Source: an uncultured Acidobacteriota bacterium
Lineage (GTDB): Bacteria; Acidobacteriota; Thermoanaerobaculia; Multivoradales; UBA5704
Direction of reading: 5' to 3'
Assembly: GCA_963752235.1 (NCBI GenBank)
Contig: CAVVXL010000005.1
Location: 905 to 64,904 of the forward strand
Length of the DNA stretch: 64,000 nucleotides
This document shows positions 56,032 through 64,000 of the stretch, piece by piece. The notes under the pieces are model-generated. The model ran no database searches, was not told the DNA's origin, and was given only the letters and a program-made list of their open reading frames with translations. Numbering within the stretch: the stretch's first letter is position 1; each line of letters begins with the position of its first letter. The translations under genes and the position numbers were made by a program.

Positions 56032-59000
56032 TCAGAAGCGCCGCTGCCACTGCGCGTCGACGGCGTAGGTGCCGTCCCCCGCCTGGGTGAGGACCAGGGT
56101 GAGGTTCTGGCGCAGCCGCCATTCGACCTGGACGATGTACTGCTGGCTGGTCGCCGGCTCGGTCGCATAGGTTACGAAGATGTCCTTCGACAGGCGCTTG
56201 CCGACGGTGATGCCGACCCCCGTCCCCGTCTGCCCGGTCTGCGAGGCGACCGGGTCGATCCGGAAGCGGTCGAAGCGGAACAGCGTGCCCACTCGCTTCG
56301 AGATCGCCGAGGTCGCCTGCCCGTAGAGGAACTCCTTGGCGAGCTGGCCCGGCGCAGCCTGCTGCTCGGTGGTGGTGGGCGGGGCGAGCGGGTCCTCGGT
56401 CGGCCGCTGGCCGCCGGCGATCAGCGAGAAGATCTCGAGGTCGGCCAGGTTGGAGTCGGAGGCCAGATGGATGTCCGGGTGCTCGAGCGTCCCGGCCAGG
56501 TTGAGGGTGATGTGGAACCCCTGCACCTGGGTGGTGGCGAGCAGGTCGATCACCGGATCGATCCGGTTCGGGTTGCTGAAGGTGAGCTGCCCGCGCTGCA
56601 CCTCGTAGCGGTTGTCGTTGTAGTCGAGGGTACCGCCGGGGGCGAAGGTGACGTTGCCGAAGACGACCGGCCGCGCCAGGCTCCCCTGCACGGAGAGGTT
56701 CACCCCGCCGCGCAGATCGGCGACGTTGTTGCGCACGCGCAGCGCGTCGGGGCTCTTGATGCCGATGTTGAGCTGGGTGGTCGACTGGAAGCTGTCGGTC
56801 TCGGCGAGGGTCAGGGTCTGGCGCTGGAAGAGGGCTGCGCGGACGAGCTGGAGGAGGTCGACGTTGATGTCCTCCACGTACAGCGAGCGGTCGAGGTCGA
56901 CGGTGCCGGTGATCAGCCGGCCGGTCTCGGAGGAGACCAGCGACAGGGTGGCGTCGCCGCGGTTGTTGAGGAACTGGGGGAAGCGCACGCTGACCCCCGA
57001 GGCGTGGGCGACGAAATTGTAGGCGAGCTTGCGGCCGGGGCCGGGGAGGGTGAGGTCGCCGGAGAGCTGGAGGGTGCCGGTCGACCCCATGCGGGCGTGC
57101 GGCACGCTGAGCGAGATGCGGTCGTGATTGAAGGCGAGGAAGCCGTCGATGTCGTCGATCGACTGCGCGAGCGCCGGCACGATCAGGCGGCCGCCGCGCA
57201 CCTCTCCCTCGCCGCTCAGCGTCGGGTTGCTCAAGGTGCCGCGCACGGCGCCGAGGAGGTCGACGGCCCCTTCCGGCCGGTACTCCGGCGGCAGGAAGAG
57301 CCCCGCCCAGGTGGCGTTCAAGGTGCTCTGGAAGCGCAGGTCGAGCGGCGCGTTGCGGGCCAGCCCGATATTGCCCGAGACGGCCAGCTCGTTGTCGGTC
57401 CCCGGCTCGGCCATGTAGAAGGACTGGATCGCGGCGCGCTCGGGGGTGAGCTCCACCAGCACCGGCTCGCGGTTGGCGATCGTCCGCTTGAGGTAGACGA
57501 CCTTGAGCTCGGGGAGCTTGGCGGTCGCCAGGAAGGTGCCGGCCGCGAAGTCGGAGCGCAGCGCCACCGTGCCCGCGAAGGAGCCGTCGAAATCGGGCAG
57601 GGGCTGCGGCGACAGGACGTGCGCCAGCGCTCCCAGCCGGTCGCTGCGCAGGTCGATCGCCACGTCGGCGCCCTGGCGGTCGAGGCGCCCCTGCCCCTGG
57701 AAGGTGGAGAGCCCGAGGAGCGATCCCTTGACGTCCACCCGCTCGCCGTCCCAATGGGCGACGGCGCTGGTCTCCCCCGATTGTCCAGGCGATGGTCCGA
57801 GCGGCTGGCCGCGCAGCACGAGGTCCCGGCCGCGCAGCGTAACGGTCGCCTGCGGCTGCTTCAGCGTCCCGGTCACTGCGGCCTCGACCGCGAGGGTCCC
57901 GCCGAGGTCGCCGCCCAGGTAGCGCCGGAACGGCTCGGCGTCGAGCGCCAGGGCCGGCCCGCGGGCGGTCAGGCTCAGCGCCCCGCTCGCCTGGTCGAGG
58001 GTGCCGTGGGCGAAGACGCTGCCGGCCGGGGTGTTCACCTGCCCCTGCTCGACGGTGATCCGGTCGCCGTCGAAGGCGATCGCCGCCCGCGCCGTGCCGA
58101 GCGGCACCCCGTGGGCTACCAGGCTGGCGACGGTGGCGTCGACGCGGCCGGAGAGATGGTTGGAGAAGCCGGTGAGGTCGACGCGCCCGGAGAGCTCCCC
58201 CTGGAACTGCGAGAGGAGGTCGGGCGACACCAGGTAGGCGAGCCCGGCGGCCGGCCACTGGGCGGCGTCGATCGCCAGGGTGAGCGGCTGCGCGGCGGCG
58301 AACGGCACACGGCCGGTGACCATCAGCGCGCCGCCGCCGCGGCTCATCTCGAGCCGCAGGTCGTCGACCGACCGCGGGTTGAGGCTGAGCGAGCCGCGCA
58401 CCGTGTCCGCCGTCGTCACCGGCGCCACCACCCCAGCGAGGTCGAGCCCCAGCCGCAGCGAATATTCCTTGCCGGCGAAGTCGATCGTCCCCTGCGCCGT
58501 GCCGTGCCCAACCGTCGGAAGCCAGAAAGGTGGGGGCTCGCCGCGCTTCGGCGTCCCCAGCAGGATGGGGGCGAGCGGCCCCACGTCGCGGCTGGCGAGC
58601 TGGAATCCGGCCTGCCCGCGGTTGTGCTGCAAGTCGTAGGTGAAGCTGGAGGCGGCGAGCTCCTGCCCCGGCATCGCCAGGTGGAGGTCGTGGCCGGAGA
58701 TCACGCCGCGGGTGAGCACGACCGGCAGGTCGCCGTCGACCGGCAGCCCGGTCTCGCTCGTCCCCCGCAGGTGCAGGGCGGCCTTGCCGCTGCCGGCGAG
58801 CGGGCGCTCGCTGTTGAAGCGGTACTCGAAAGTGCCCCCCGTCCGCGCCGAGAGGCCGCCGGCGATCGGCAGGTCCTGGCCCGGGAACTGGTCGGCGAGG
58901 AGCTGGTGGAGCGAGAGGTCCGCCAGCTCGAGGTCGAGCGAAACCGGGGTGCCGGGCCCCTTCTCGCCGGTGTCGACCGAGACCAGCCCCTTGATCGAGC

Positions 59001-60099
59001 CCCCGGCGTAGCGGGAGCGCTCGACCTGGACGTCGACGCCGTCGGGGCCGCCGCTGAACCGGGTCTCGACGTCCTGGATCACCCGGCCGAGGGCGGCGAG
59101 GCGCGGCGAGGTGGCGGTGCCGGAATAGCTCCATCCCGACGGCACCCAGACGAAGTGCGCGCGCCCGGCGGCGGGGCCGGCGAGCGGCAGGTCGGCGTAA
59201 CCGACCCGGTTCACCCAGGCGACCCCGACGTCCGCCTTGAGGTTGAGATCGACCCGCCGTTCCTTTGCCCGGTAGGCGATGAAGCCGTCGACCACCCCCT
59301 TGAGGTCCGGCCCCGCCAGGCGGACGGCGGCGAGCTGGATCCGGCCGGCGTCGGGGACGATGCTCCCCTTGGCCGAGACGGTGAGCCGGTAGGGCTTCGC
59401 CCGCGGCAGAGTGGTGACGACCTCTTGGGCGGTCGCCAGCAGGTCGAGCCGGTCACCTCCGCGGTCTCCCCGGTCGGCGCGGCCGATCATCCGTCCCCAG
59501 ATCGCCCGCGCGTCGAGGCGCAGCGGCGACTGCCGCTCGTTGAGCCGGAAAGTGCCGTCCTGGACGAGCAGGTGCCCGATGCGGACCTCGAAGCGGCTGG
59601 GCCGCCCGGGAGTCGGGGAGCCGAAGTCGGGGAGGTTGCTCGAGCCGTCGGGGTTGAACTGCAGGTAGACCTCGGGGCGGTAGACCTCGATCTCCTCGAT
59701 GTCGAACACCCGGCGGCGCAGGTTGTCGAGGGAGATCTGGACCGCCACCAGCGGCACCCGGGCGACCGGCGGATCTCCCGGATGCGGCCCGGGGATCACC
59801 ACGTCGCGCAGCTCGACGGCGAGCGGAAAAAGGGTGAAGTCGATGCTGCCGATGGCGATCTTGCGGTGCAGATACTGCGACATCCCGGCCACCGCCCGCT
59901 CGAGCGCCTTCTCGCGGGCGAGCTGGCTCTGGAAGAAGAACCAGGCGCCGGCGACGGCGGCAACCAGCAGCAGCAGCGCCCAGAAGAACGGGCGCACCAC
60001 CCAGCGCCGGACCCGTCCGGGGCGGCGCGTCGGCGCAGCGGGTGCGGCAGGCACCGCCGGCCCAGGCTCCGTCGGAACAGATTCCCGGGGCTCGCTCAC
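56032..60099 (-). CDS. TamB/AsmA-like (DUF490) protein
   Basis: N-terminal TM, long beta-taenial region, C-terminal F.NP..IDP / VGKRLS; adjacent to an Omp85 gene; GTG overlaps the nadK stop. Confidence 0.87.
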   Translation of the reverse strand: MSEPRESVPTEPGPAVPAAPAAPTRRPGRVRRWVVRPFFWALLLLVAAVAGAWFFFQSQLAREKALERAVAGMSQYLHRKIAIGSIDFTLFPLAVELRDVVIPGPHPGDPPVARVPLVAVQISLDNLRRRVFDIEEIEVYRPEVYLQFNPDGSSNLPDFGSPTPGRPSRFEVRIGHLLVQDGTFRLNERQSPLRLDARAIWGRMIGRADRGDRGGDRLDLLATAQEVVTTLPRAKPYRLTVSAKGSIVPDAGRIQLAAVRLAGPDLKGVVDGFIAYRAKERRVDLNLKADVGVAWVNRVGYADLPLAGPAAGRAHFVWVPSGWSYSGTATSPRLAALGRVIQDVETRFSGGPDGVDVQVERSRYAGGSIKGLVSVDTGEKGPGTPVSLDLELADLSLHQLLADQFPGQDLPIAGGLSARTGGTFEYRFNSERPLAGSGKAALHLRGTSETGLPVDGDLPVVLTRGVISGHDLHLAMPGQELAASSFTYDLQHNRGQAGFQLASRDVGPLAPILLGTPKRGEPPPFWLPTVGHGTAQGTIDFAGKEYSLRLGLDLAGVVAPVTTADTVRGSLSLNPRSVDDLRLEMSRGGGALMVTGRVPFAAAQPLTLAIDAAQWPAAGLAYLVSPDLLSQFQGELSGRVDLTGFSNHLSGRVDATVASLVAHGVPLGTARAAIAFDGDRITVEQGQVNTPAGSVFAHGTLDQASGALSLTARGPALALDAEPFRRYLGGDLGGTLAVEAAVTGTLKQPQATVTLRGRDLVLRGQPLGPSPGQSGETSAVAHWDGERVDVKGSLLGLSTFQGQGRLDRQGADVAIDLRSDRLGALAHVLSPQPLPDFDGSFAGTVALRSDFAAGTFLATAKLPELKVVYLKRTIANREPVLVELTPERAAIQSFYMAEPGTDNELAVSGNIGLARNAPLDLRFQSTLNATWAGLFLPPEYRPEGAVDLLGAVRGTLSNPTLSGEGEVRGGRLIVPALAQSIDDIDGFLAFNHDRISLSVPHARMGSTGTLQLSGDLTLPGPGRKLAYNFVAHASGVSVRFPQFLNNRGDATLSLVSSETGRLITGTVDLDRSLYVEDINVDLLQLVRAALFQRQTLTLAETDSFQSTTQLNIGIKSPDALRVRNNVADLRGGVNLSVQGSLARPVVFGNVTFAPGGTLDYNDNRYEVQRGQLTFSNPNRIDPVIDLLATTQVQGFHITLNLAGTLEHPDIHLASDSNLADLEIFSLIAGGQRPTEDPLAPPTTTEQQAAPGQLAKEFLYGQATSAISKRVGTLFRFDRFRIDPVASQTGQTGTGVGITVGKRLSKDIFVTYATEPATSQQYIVQVEWRLRQNLTLVLTQAGDGTYAVDAQWQRRF

Positions 60100-60995
60100 T
60101 CGGCCGTCCCCCCGCCGCCGGCGCCCCCGTCGGCCCATGGGTCTCGCCCCTCGGAGGACTCCGCCAGCCCTCCCCAGCGCAGCTTGCCGCGCAGGCTGTC
60201 GTAGAAGCTGCGGCCGCTGACCTTGGCGAGGCGCACCTTGGCGGCGCTGCGGGTGATGCGGACCGTGTCGCCGCAGCCGAGGGCGCTCCCCTCCTGCCCG
60301 TCGAGGGTGAGGAAGACCTCCTCGGCCGGCGTCTCGAGGGTCACCTCGATCGGCCCCGCGTCGGGGACGACGATCGGGCGCAGCGACAGGGCATGGGGGC
60401 AGATCGGCGTCAGCACGGCGACCGGCAGCAGCGGATCGAGGATCGGCCCGCCCGCCGACAGGTTGTAGGCGGTCGAGCCGGTGGGGGTCGAGATGATCAG
60501 CCCGTCGGCGCGGAAGCGGGCGATCAGGCGGCCGGCCACCCGCAGGGTCAGCTCGATGATGCGGGCGCGGGCGCTCTTGGTGATCACGGCGTCGTTGAGC
60601 ACCCGGAAGGTCTCCGGCGGGCCGCCGGCGCGCCGCAGCTCGACGGCGAAGAGCGAGCGCTCCTCGATCTCGAAACGCCCCTCCAGCACCTCGACCAGGG
60701 TGGGGTAGAGCCCGGCGCGGTTGGTCTCGGTGAGAAAGCCGAGATTGCCCAGGTTGACGCCGAGGATCGGCACCTCGCGGGTGAGCCGCCGGGCCACCGA
60801 GAGCAGGGTGCCGTCGCCGCCGAGGACGACCACCAGGCCGTGGTCGCCGCCGGGCTCGAAGGCGGCCTCGTCGAGCGCCGGCTCGACGCCGCGGCGGCGC
60901 AGCCACTCGGCGAGCTCGTAGGCGAGGTGGACCGCCTCGGGGCTCGCCACCTTGGCCACGATGCCGACCCGCTGGAACGGCTCGCCGGGGCTCAT
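60096..60995 (-). CDS. nadK: NAD kinase
   Basis: LGGDGTLL, GNLGFL, LND, ADGLIISTPTGSTAYNLSAGG. Confidence 0.95.
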   Translation of the reverse strand: MSPGEPFQRVGIVAKVASPEAVHLAYELAEWLRRRGVEPALDEAAFEPGGDHGLVVVLGGDGTLLSVARRLTREVPILGVNLGNLGFLTETNRAGLYPTLVEVLEGRFEIEERSLFAVELRRAGGPPETFRVLNDAVITKSARARIIELTLRVAGRLIARFRADGLIISTPTGSTAYNLSAGGPILDPLLPVAVLTPICPHALSLRPIVVPDAGPIEVTLETPAEEVFLTLDGQEGSALGCGDTVRITRSAAKVRLAKVSGRSFYDSLRGKLRWGGLAESSEGRDPWADGGAGGGGTAE

Positions 60996-61744
60996 TCCGC
61001 GCTCCCCACACTCTGAAATAGGGCGAACGCCTCGCGGTTCCCCCCGGTGCCGGCCACCGGCGAGTCGAAGACGCCGAGGGCGATGAGGCCGAGCGCCGCG
61101 ATCCCCTCGGCGCACTCGCGGACGACCCGGCCGCGCACCGCCTCGTCGCGCAGGATCCCCCCCTTGCCCACCGCGCCGCGGCCGGCCTCGAACTGCGGCT
61201 TGATCATCGGCAGCAGCAGGCCGCCGGGCGCCAGGTGGGAGAGCAGGGCGGGGACCACCTTGAGCAGCGAGATGAACGAGACGTCGACGGTGATCAGGCC
61301 GCAGCGCTCCTTGAGCGCGTCCGGCGCCAGGTTGCGGGCGTTGATGCGCTCCATCACCACCACCCGCGGGTCGTTGCGCAGGCGCAGGTCGAGCTGGCCG
61401 TAGCCGACGTCGACGGCGTAGACGCGGGCCGCGCCGCGTTGCAGGAGGCAGTCGGTGAAACCACCGGTCGAGGCCCCGACGTCGAGGCAGGTCCACCCGG
61501 CCGGATCGACACCGAAATGATCGAGCGCGTGCGCCAGCTTGCGGCCGGCGCGCGAGACGAAGGGCTCCTTCGGCGCCAGCACCGCCAGGCGGGCCTCGCC
61601 CGACACCGCCGTTCCCGGCTTGTCCACCCGCCGCCCCTCGACCTCCACGGTCCCTGCCATCACCGCCCGCCGGGCCTGCTCGCGGCTGGGGAAGAGGCCG
61701 CGCTCCACCAGGAGCTGATCGAGGCGGACGGCGGATTTGGTCAT
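60992..61744 (-). CDS. tlyA: TlyA-family rRNA methyltransferase
   Basis: S4 domain RLD, VSRAG.KL, DVGASTGGFTD, DVSFIS, KPQFE, GNRE. Confidence 0.94.
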   Translation of the reverse strand: MTKSAVRLDQLLVERGLFPSREQARRAVMAGTVEVEGRRVDKPGTAVSGEARLAVLAPKEPFVSRAGRKLAHALDHFGVDPAGWTCLDVGASTGGFTDCLLQRGAARVYAVDVGYGQLDLRLRNDPRVVVMERINARNLAPDALKERCGLITVDVSFISLLKVVPALLSHLAPGGLLLPMIKPQFEAGRGAVGKGGILRDEAVRGRVVRECAEGIAALGLIALGVFDSPVAGTGGNREAFALFQSVGSAE

Positions 61745-62895
61745 CGCCCGGGCTCACCCTTCGCCGGCGGCTGGGCCGCGCCGCTCTTTTCGGCCAGGCG
61801 GAGGCAGAAGGGGATCGCCAGCACGAAGAGGATCGGCTGCTGCACCTCGGTGTCCCCCCAGTTGTTCTCGAACAGCCCCGCCAGGTTGAAGGCCAGCAGG
61901 GCCACCAGGACGCCGACGTAGAGGTCGGCCCGCGGACCGCGGTGCCCCCCCTCGCGCACGAACGAGCGCCAGGCGACGGTGGCCGAGGCGACGGTCAGAG
62001 CGAGGTAGGCGGCGAGCGAGGGGAGCCCCTGCTCGGCGGCGATCTGCAACCAGCTGTTGTGCAGGTGGGGGACCTCGAAGCGCGGCGCCGCGAGCGGGCG
62101 ATAGAGCGCGTAGCGCTCGCGCACCAGGTCGGGGCCGAGGCCGAAGAAGGGACGCTCGCGGACCATCGCGAGGCCGGCCTTCAGCATGCAGAGGCGGTCG
62201 AAGTTCGAGGCGTCGCGCAGGTCGGCGATCGAGGCCACCCGTTGCAGCACCGGCACCGGCGCCAGCACGACGAACAGCGCCGCCGCCGGCAGGTAGGCCA
62301 AGAGGAGCCGCGGCGCGCGGATCAGGATCAGCACGGTCAGCGACAGCGCCAGGGCCACCCAGGCGTTTCGGGTGTAGGTGCCGAGCAGGGCGGCGTTGAT
62401 CGCCGCCAGCGCCGCCCAGCGCCAGACGCTGCGCCAGCGGCGGGCGTAGGTCATCGCGGCCAGCAGCAGCAGGTCGCTGATCAGCAGGAAGCCCGAGAAG
62501 GTCATGTAGTGCGAGAAGGGGCCGCGGATGCGCCGGGTGATGTCGTCGTCGCCCAGCAGGTACTGGGCGACCCCCTCGCAGGCGAGGAGGGCCGCGAGGA
62601 CGATCAGCACCCCGACCAGGAAGCGCACCTGCCGCTCGCGGCGCACCAGCAGGGGGGCCATGAACAGGGTCGACAGCGCGAAGAGGTCCGACAGATAGCG
62701 CAGGCTGGCGACCGGATCGTACGAGGCGGCGACCGAGCCCAGCAGCATCAGCACGTAGACGCCGAGCGGGATCAGCATCGGCGCCAGGTCGCGCCAGGGG
62801 ACCGAGCGCCGGCGCGACCAGGGGAGCAGGAGGACGGTCAGGCCGAGCAGGATCTCCGAGATCGCGATGCCGAAGAGGGCCGCGAAATGGGCCAC
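61741..62895 (-). CDS. O-antigen ligase (WaaL/Wzy_C) family membrane protein; true start may lie upstream
   Basis: Multiple TM helices; TRNAW, R..M, P.FG.G, HLHN.WLQ..AE.G. Confidence 0.85.
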   Translation of the reverse strand: MAHFAALFGIAISEILLGLTVLLLPWSRRRSVPWRDLAPMLIPLGVYVLMLLGSVAASYDPVASLRYLSDLFALSTLFMAPLLVRRERQVRFLVGVLIVLAALLACEGVAQYLLGDDDITRRIRGPFSHYMTFSGFLLISDLLLLAAMTYARRWRSVWRWAALAAINAALLGTYTRNAWVALALSLTVLILIRAPRLLLAYLPAAALFVVLAPVPVLQRVASIADLRDASNFDRLCMLKAGLAMVRERPFFGLGPDLVRERYALYRPLAAPRFEVPHLHNSWLQIAAEQGLPSLAAYLALTVASATVAWRSFVREGGHRGPRADLYVGVLVALLAFNLAGLFENNWGDTEVQQPILFVLAIPFCLRLAEKSGAAQPPAKGEPGR

Positions 62896-63007
62896 GTAGA
62901 GCCCGTAGCCGGCGCGCGCGGCGCGCGGGTCGGACGCCGCGAAGAGGGGTTCTGCCGCGGGGGCGGCGGTCGCGGCGGGCCGGAGTCCGGCGGCTTCGGC
63001 CGCGGTG

Positions 63008-63259
63008 TCAGCGTCCGACGGCGGAGGCAGGGAGGGCCTCCTCGATGAGCATGATGGGGATGTCGGAGACGATCGGGTAGATGAGCCCCGAGGTGGCGCA
63101 GTAGAGCCCCTGCTCCACCACCGGCTCCTCGTCCCGGAAGTGCTCGCGGTACTTCTCCACCAGAGTCTCCCGGATCTCCCGGGGGATCTCGATCAGCTCC
63201 AGCTCCCCCTTCGACTGGGGGCAGACCAGGATGTCCAGCAGCTCAGGATCGACGGCCAT
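63008..63259 (-). CDS. Trm112/YcaR-like protein
   Basis: LLDILVCP..KG.L ... LYC....YPI...IPIML..EA. Confidence 0.82.
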   Translation of the reverse strand: MAVDPELLDILVCPQSKGELELIEIPREIRETLVEKYREHFRDEEPVVEQGLYCATSGLIYPIVSDIPIMLIEEALPASAVGR

Positions 63260-63282
63260 GGCCCGAGAGGATAGCACAGGGC

Positions 63283-63825
63283 TCACGGCCGGAAGCCATA
63301 GGTGACGACCAGCGATTCGCTGCCCGGGTTGTGCACGTAGATGTGGGCGTTCGACAGGTGGAACAGCATCAGCCCCAGCCGGCTATGGTCGCCGAACCGG
63401 CGGGAGAGCTCGATCCCGGAGCGGAACTCGATCGGACCGCCGAGCTTGAACCCCTGGTCGCCGTGGCTGTAGATGCCGGGCGCGAACTGAATGCTGAGCT
63501 CCCACGGCGCCCCGAGGGCGATGTCGCAACGCAGGCCGCTGTAGACGAAGAACGCCCCCTGGGAGCTCGCCATCACGCCGGTCGCCGGCGCCAGCTCCGG
63601 GATGAAGCGCGGCAGCCAGTGCAGCTTGTGATGGGCGAAGCGCACCTCGGCCGCCACCTCGGCTTGAGTGTCGGAGCGCAGGCCGAAGGCCCCCGTGCTC
63701 ACCGAGACCTCGGAGGGGCCGAGGGCGTGGACGGACGGGGCCGTGAGCCACCCCAGGCAGAAGAAGAAGAGGAGGACGGGCAGGAGGGACCAAAGCCGGC
63801 CGGGGCCGGTCGCAGGGGATCTCAT
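63283..63825 (-). CDS. PagL-like lipid A 3-O-deacylase / acyloxyacyl hydrolase
   Basis: Signal peptide; LGG..EF, HLSNA.....NPG. Confidence 0.82.
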   Translation of the reverse strand: MRSPATGPGRLWSLLPVLLFFFCLGWLTAPSVHALGPSEVSVSTGAFGLRSDTQAEVAAEVRFAHHKLHWLPRFIPELAPATGVMASSQGAFFVYSGLRCDIALGAPWELSIQFAPGIYSHGDQGFKLGGPIEFRSGIELSRRFGDHSRLGLMLFHLSNAHIYVHNPGSESLVVTYGFRP

Positions 63826-63898
63826 GCCTGGGGATATAACACTGGAGGAGCCTCCGGCTCAAGGCGGTGCCGCTGACGGCGTCGCTTAAGATACCGGC

Positions 63899-64000
63899 AT
63901 GCGACCGTTCCTCCCCGGCGATCCCGAGATCTCGCTCGTCATTCCGGTCTACGACGAGGCGGAGAGCCTGGCGCCGCTGGCCGCCGAGATCCGCGCGGCC
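63899..64000 (+). CDS. Glycosyltransferase family 2 (DPM1/ArnC-like), 5' part only
   Basis: MRPFLPGDPEISLVIPVYDEAESLAPL... runs off the window end. Confidence 0.8.
   Translation, partial: MRPFLPGDPEISLVIPVYDEAESLAPLAAEIRAA

Noticed and set aside
56030-59134. N-terminal extension making a 1984-aa Omp85 ORF (apparent TamB-TamA fusion)
   Set aside because: The extension is an Arg/Pro-rich off-frame reading of tamB; a signal peptide starts at 56029 and tamB has its own stop.
56467-60204. 1245-aa plus-strand ORF
   Set aside because: Antisense shadow of tamB.

Overview
This is a GC-rich (about 70% by eye) chromosomal segment from a diderm bacterium. LpxH-, PagL- and TamAB-like genes, a GWxTD protein, MglA and HrcA/CIRCE together suggest Acidobacteriota, possibly Thermoanaerobaculia (inference). 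It is densely coding, with about 55 genes that are mostly housekeeping: ffh, pyk, pgsA, ilvE-pilT-recX-alaS, the CIRCE-controlled hrcA-grpE-dnaK-dnaJ-prmA-rsmE operon, mglA-like-nrdR-hsp20-lon-thiL, plsC-mrp-lpxH-MBL-aroA, mlaEFD joined to UDP-glucuronate genes, folE-GWxTD-fabH-ClpX-like, kynB-ferritin-like-3-hydroxyacyl-CoA dehydrogenase, ribBA and waaL-like-tlyA-nadK-tamB-tamA. I recognised no rRNA, tRNA, CRISPR array, transposase or integrase. The best novelty candidate is a stand-alone gene at 25260-26156, probably highly expressed, that looks like a nucleoid/chromatin protein. It has two MerR/BldC-like winged HTH domains, four RGRP AT-hook cores in a histone-H1-like linker and a C-terminal coiled coil. 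It also has consensus promoter hexamers and 10-bp-phased direct repeats in its leader. Other candidates are a ClpX paralogue lacking its ClpP-docking and pore motifs, an orphan MglA with a long (frameshifted) C-terminal extension, a metallophosphoesterase split by a beta-sandwich insert, and a sigma-54 activator with a pseudokinase-like/TPR N-terminus. Non-coding oddities include long palindromic intergenic elements, recurrent micro-duplications at gene junctions and many apparently leaderless genes. All calls come from reading motifs by eye; no database search was run.
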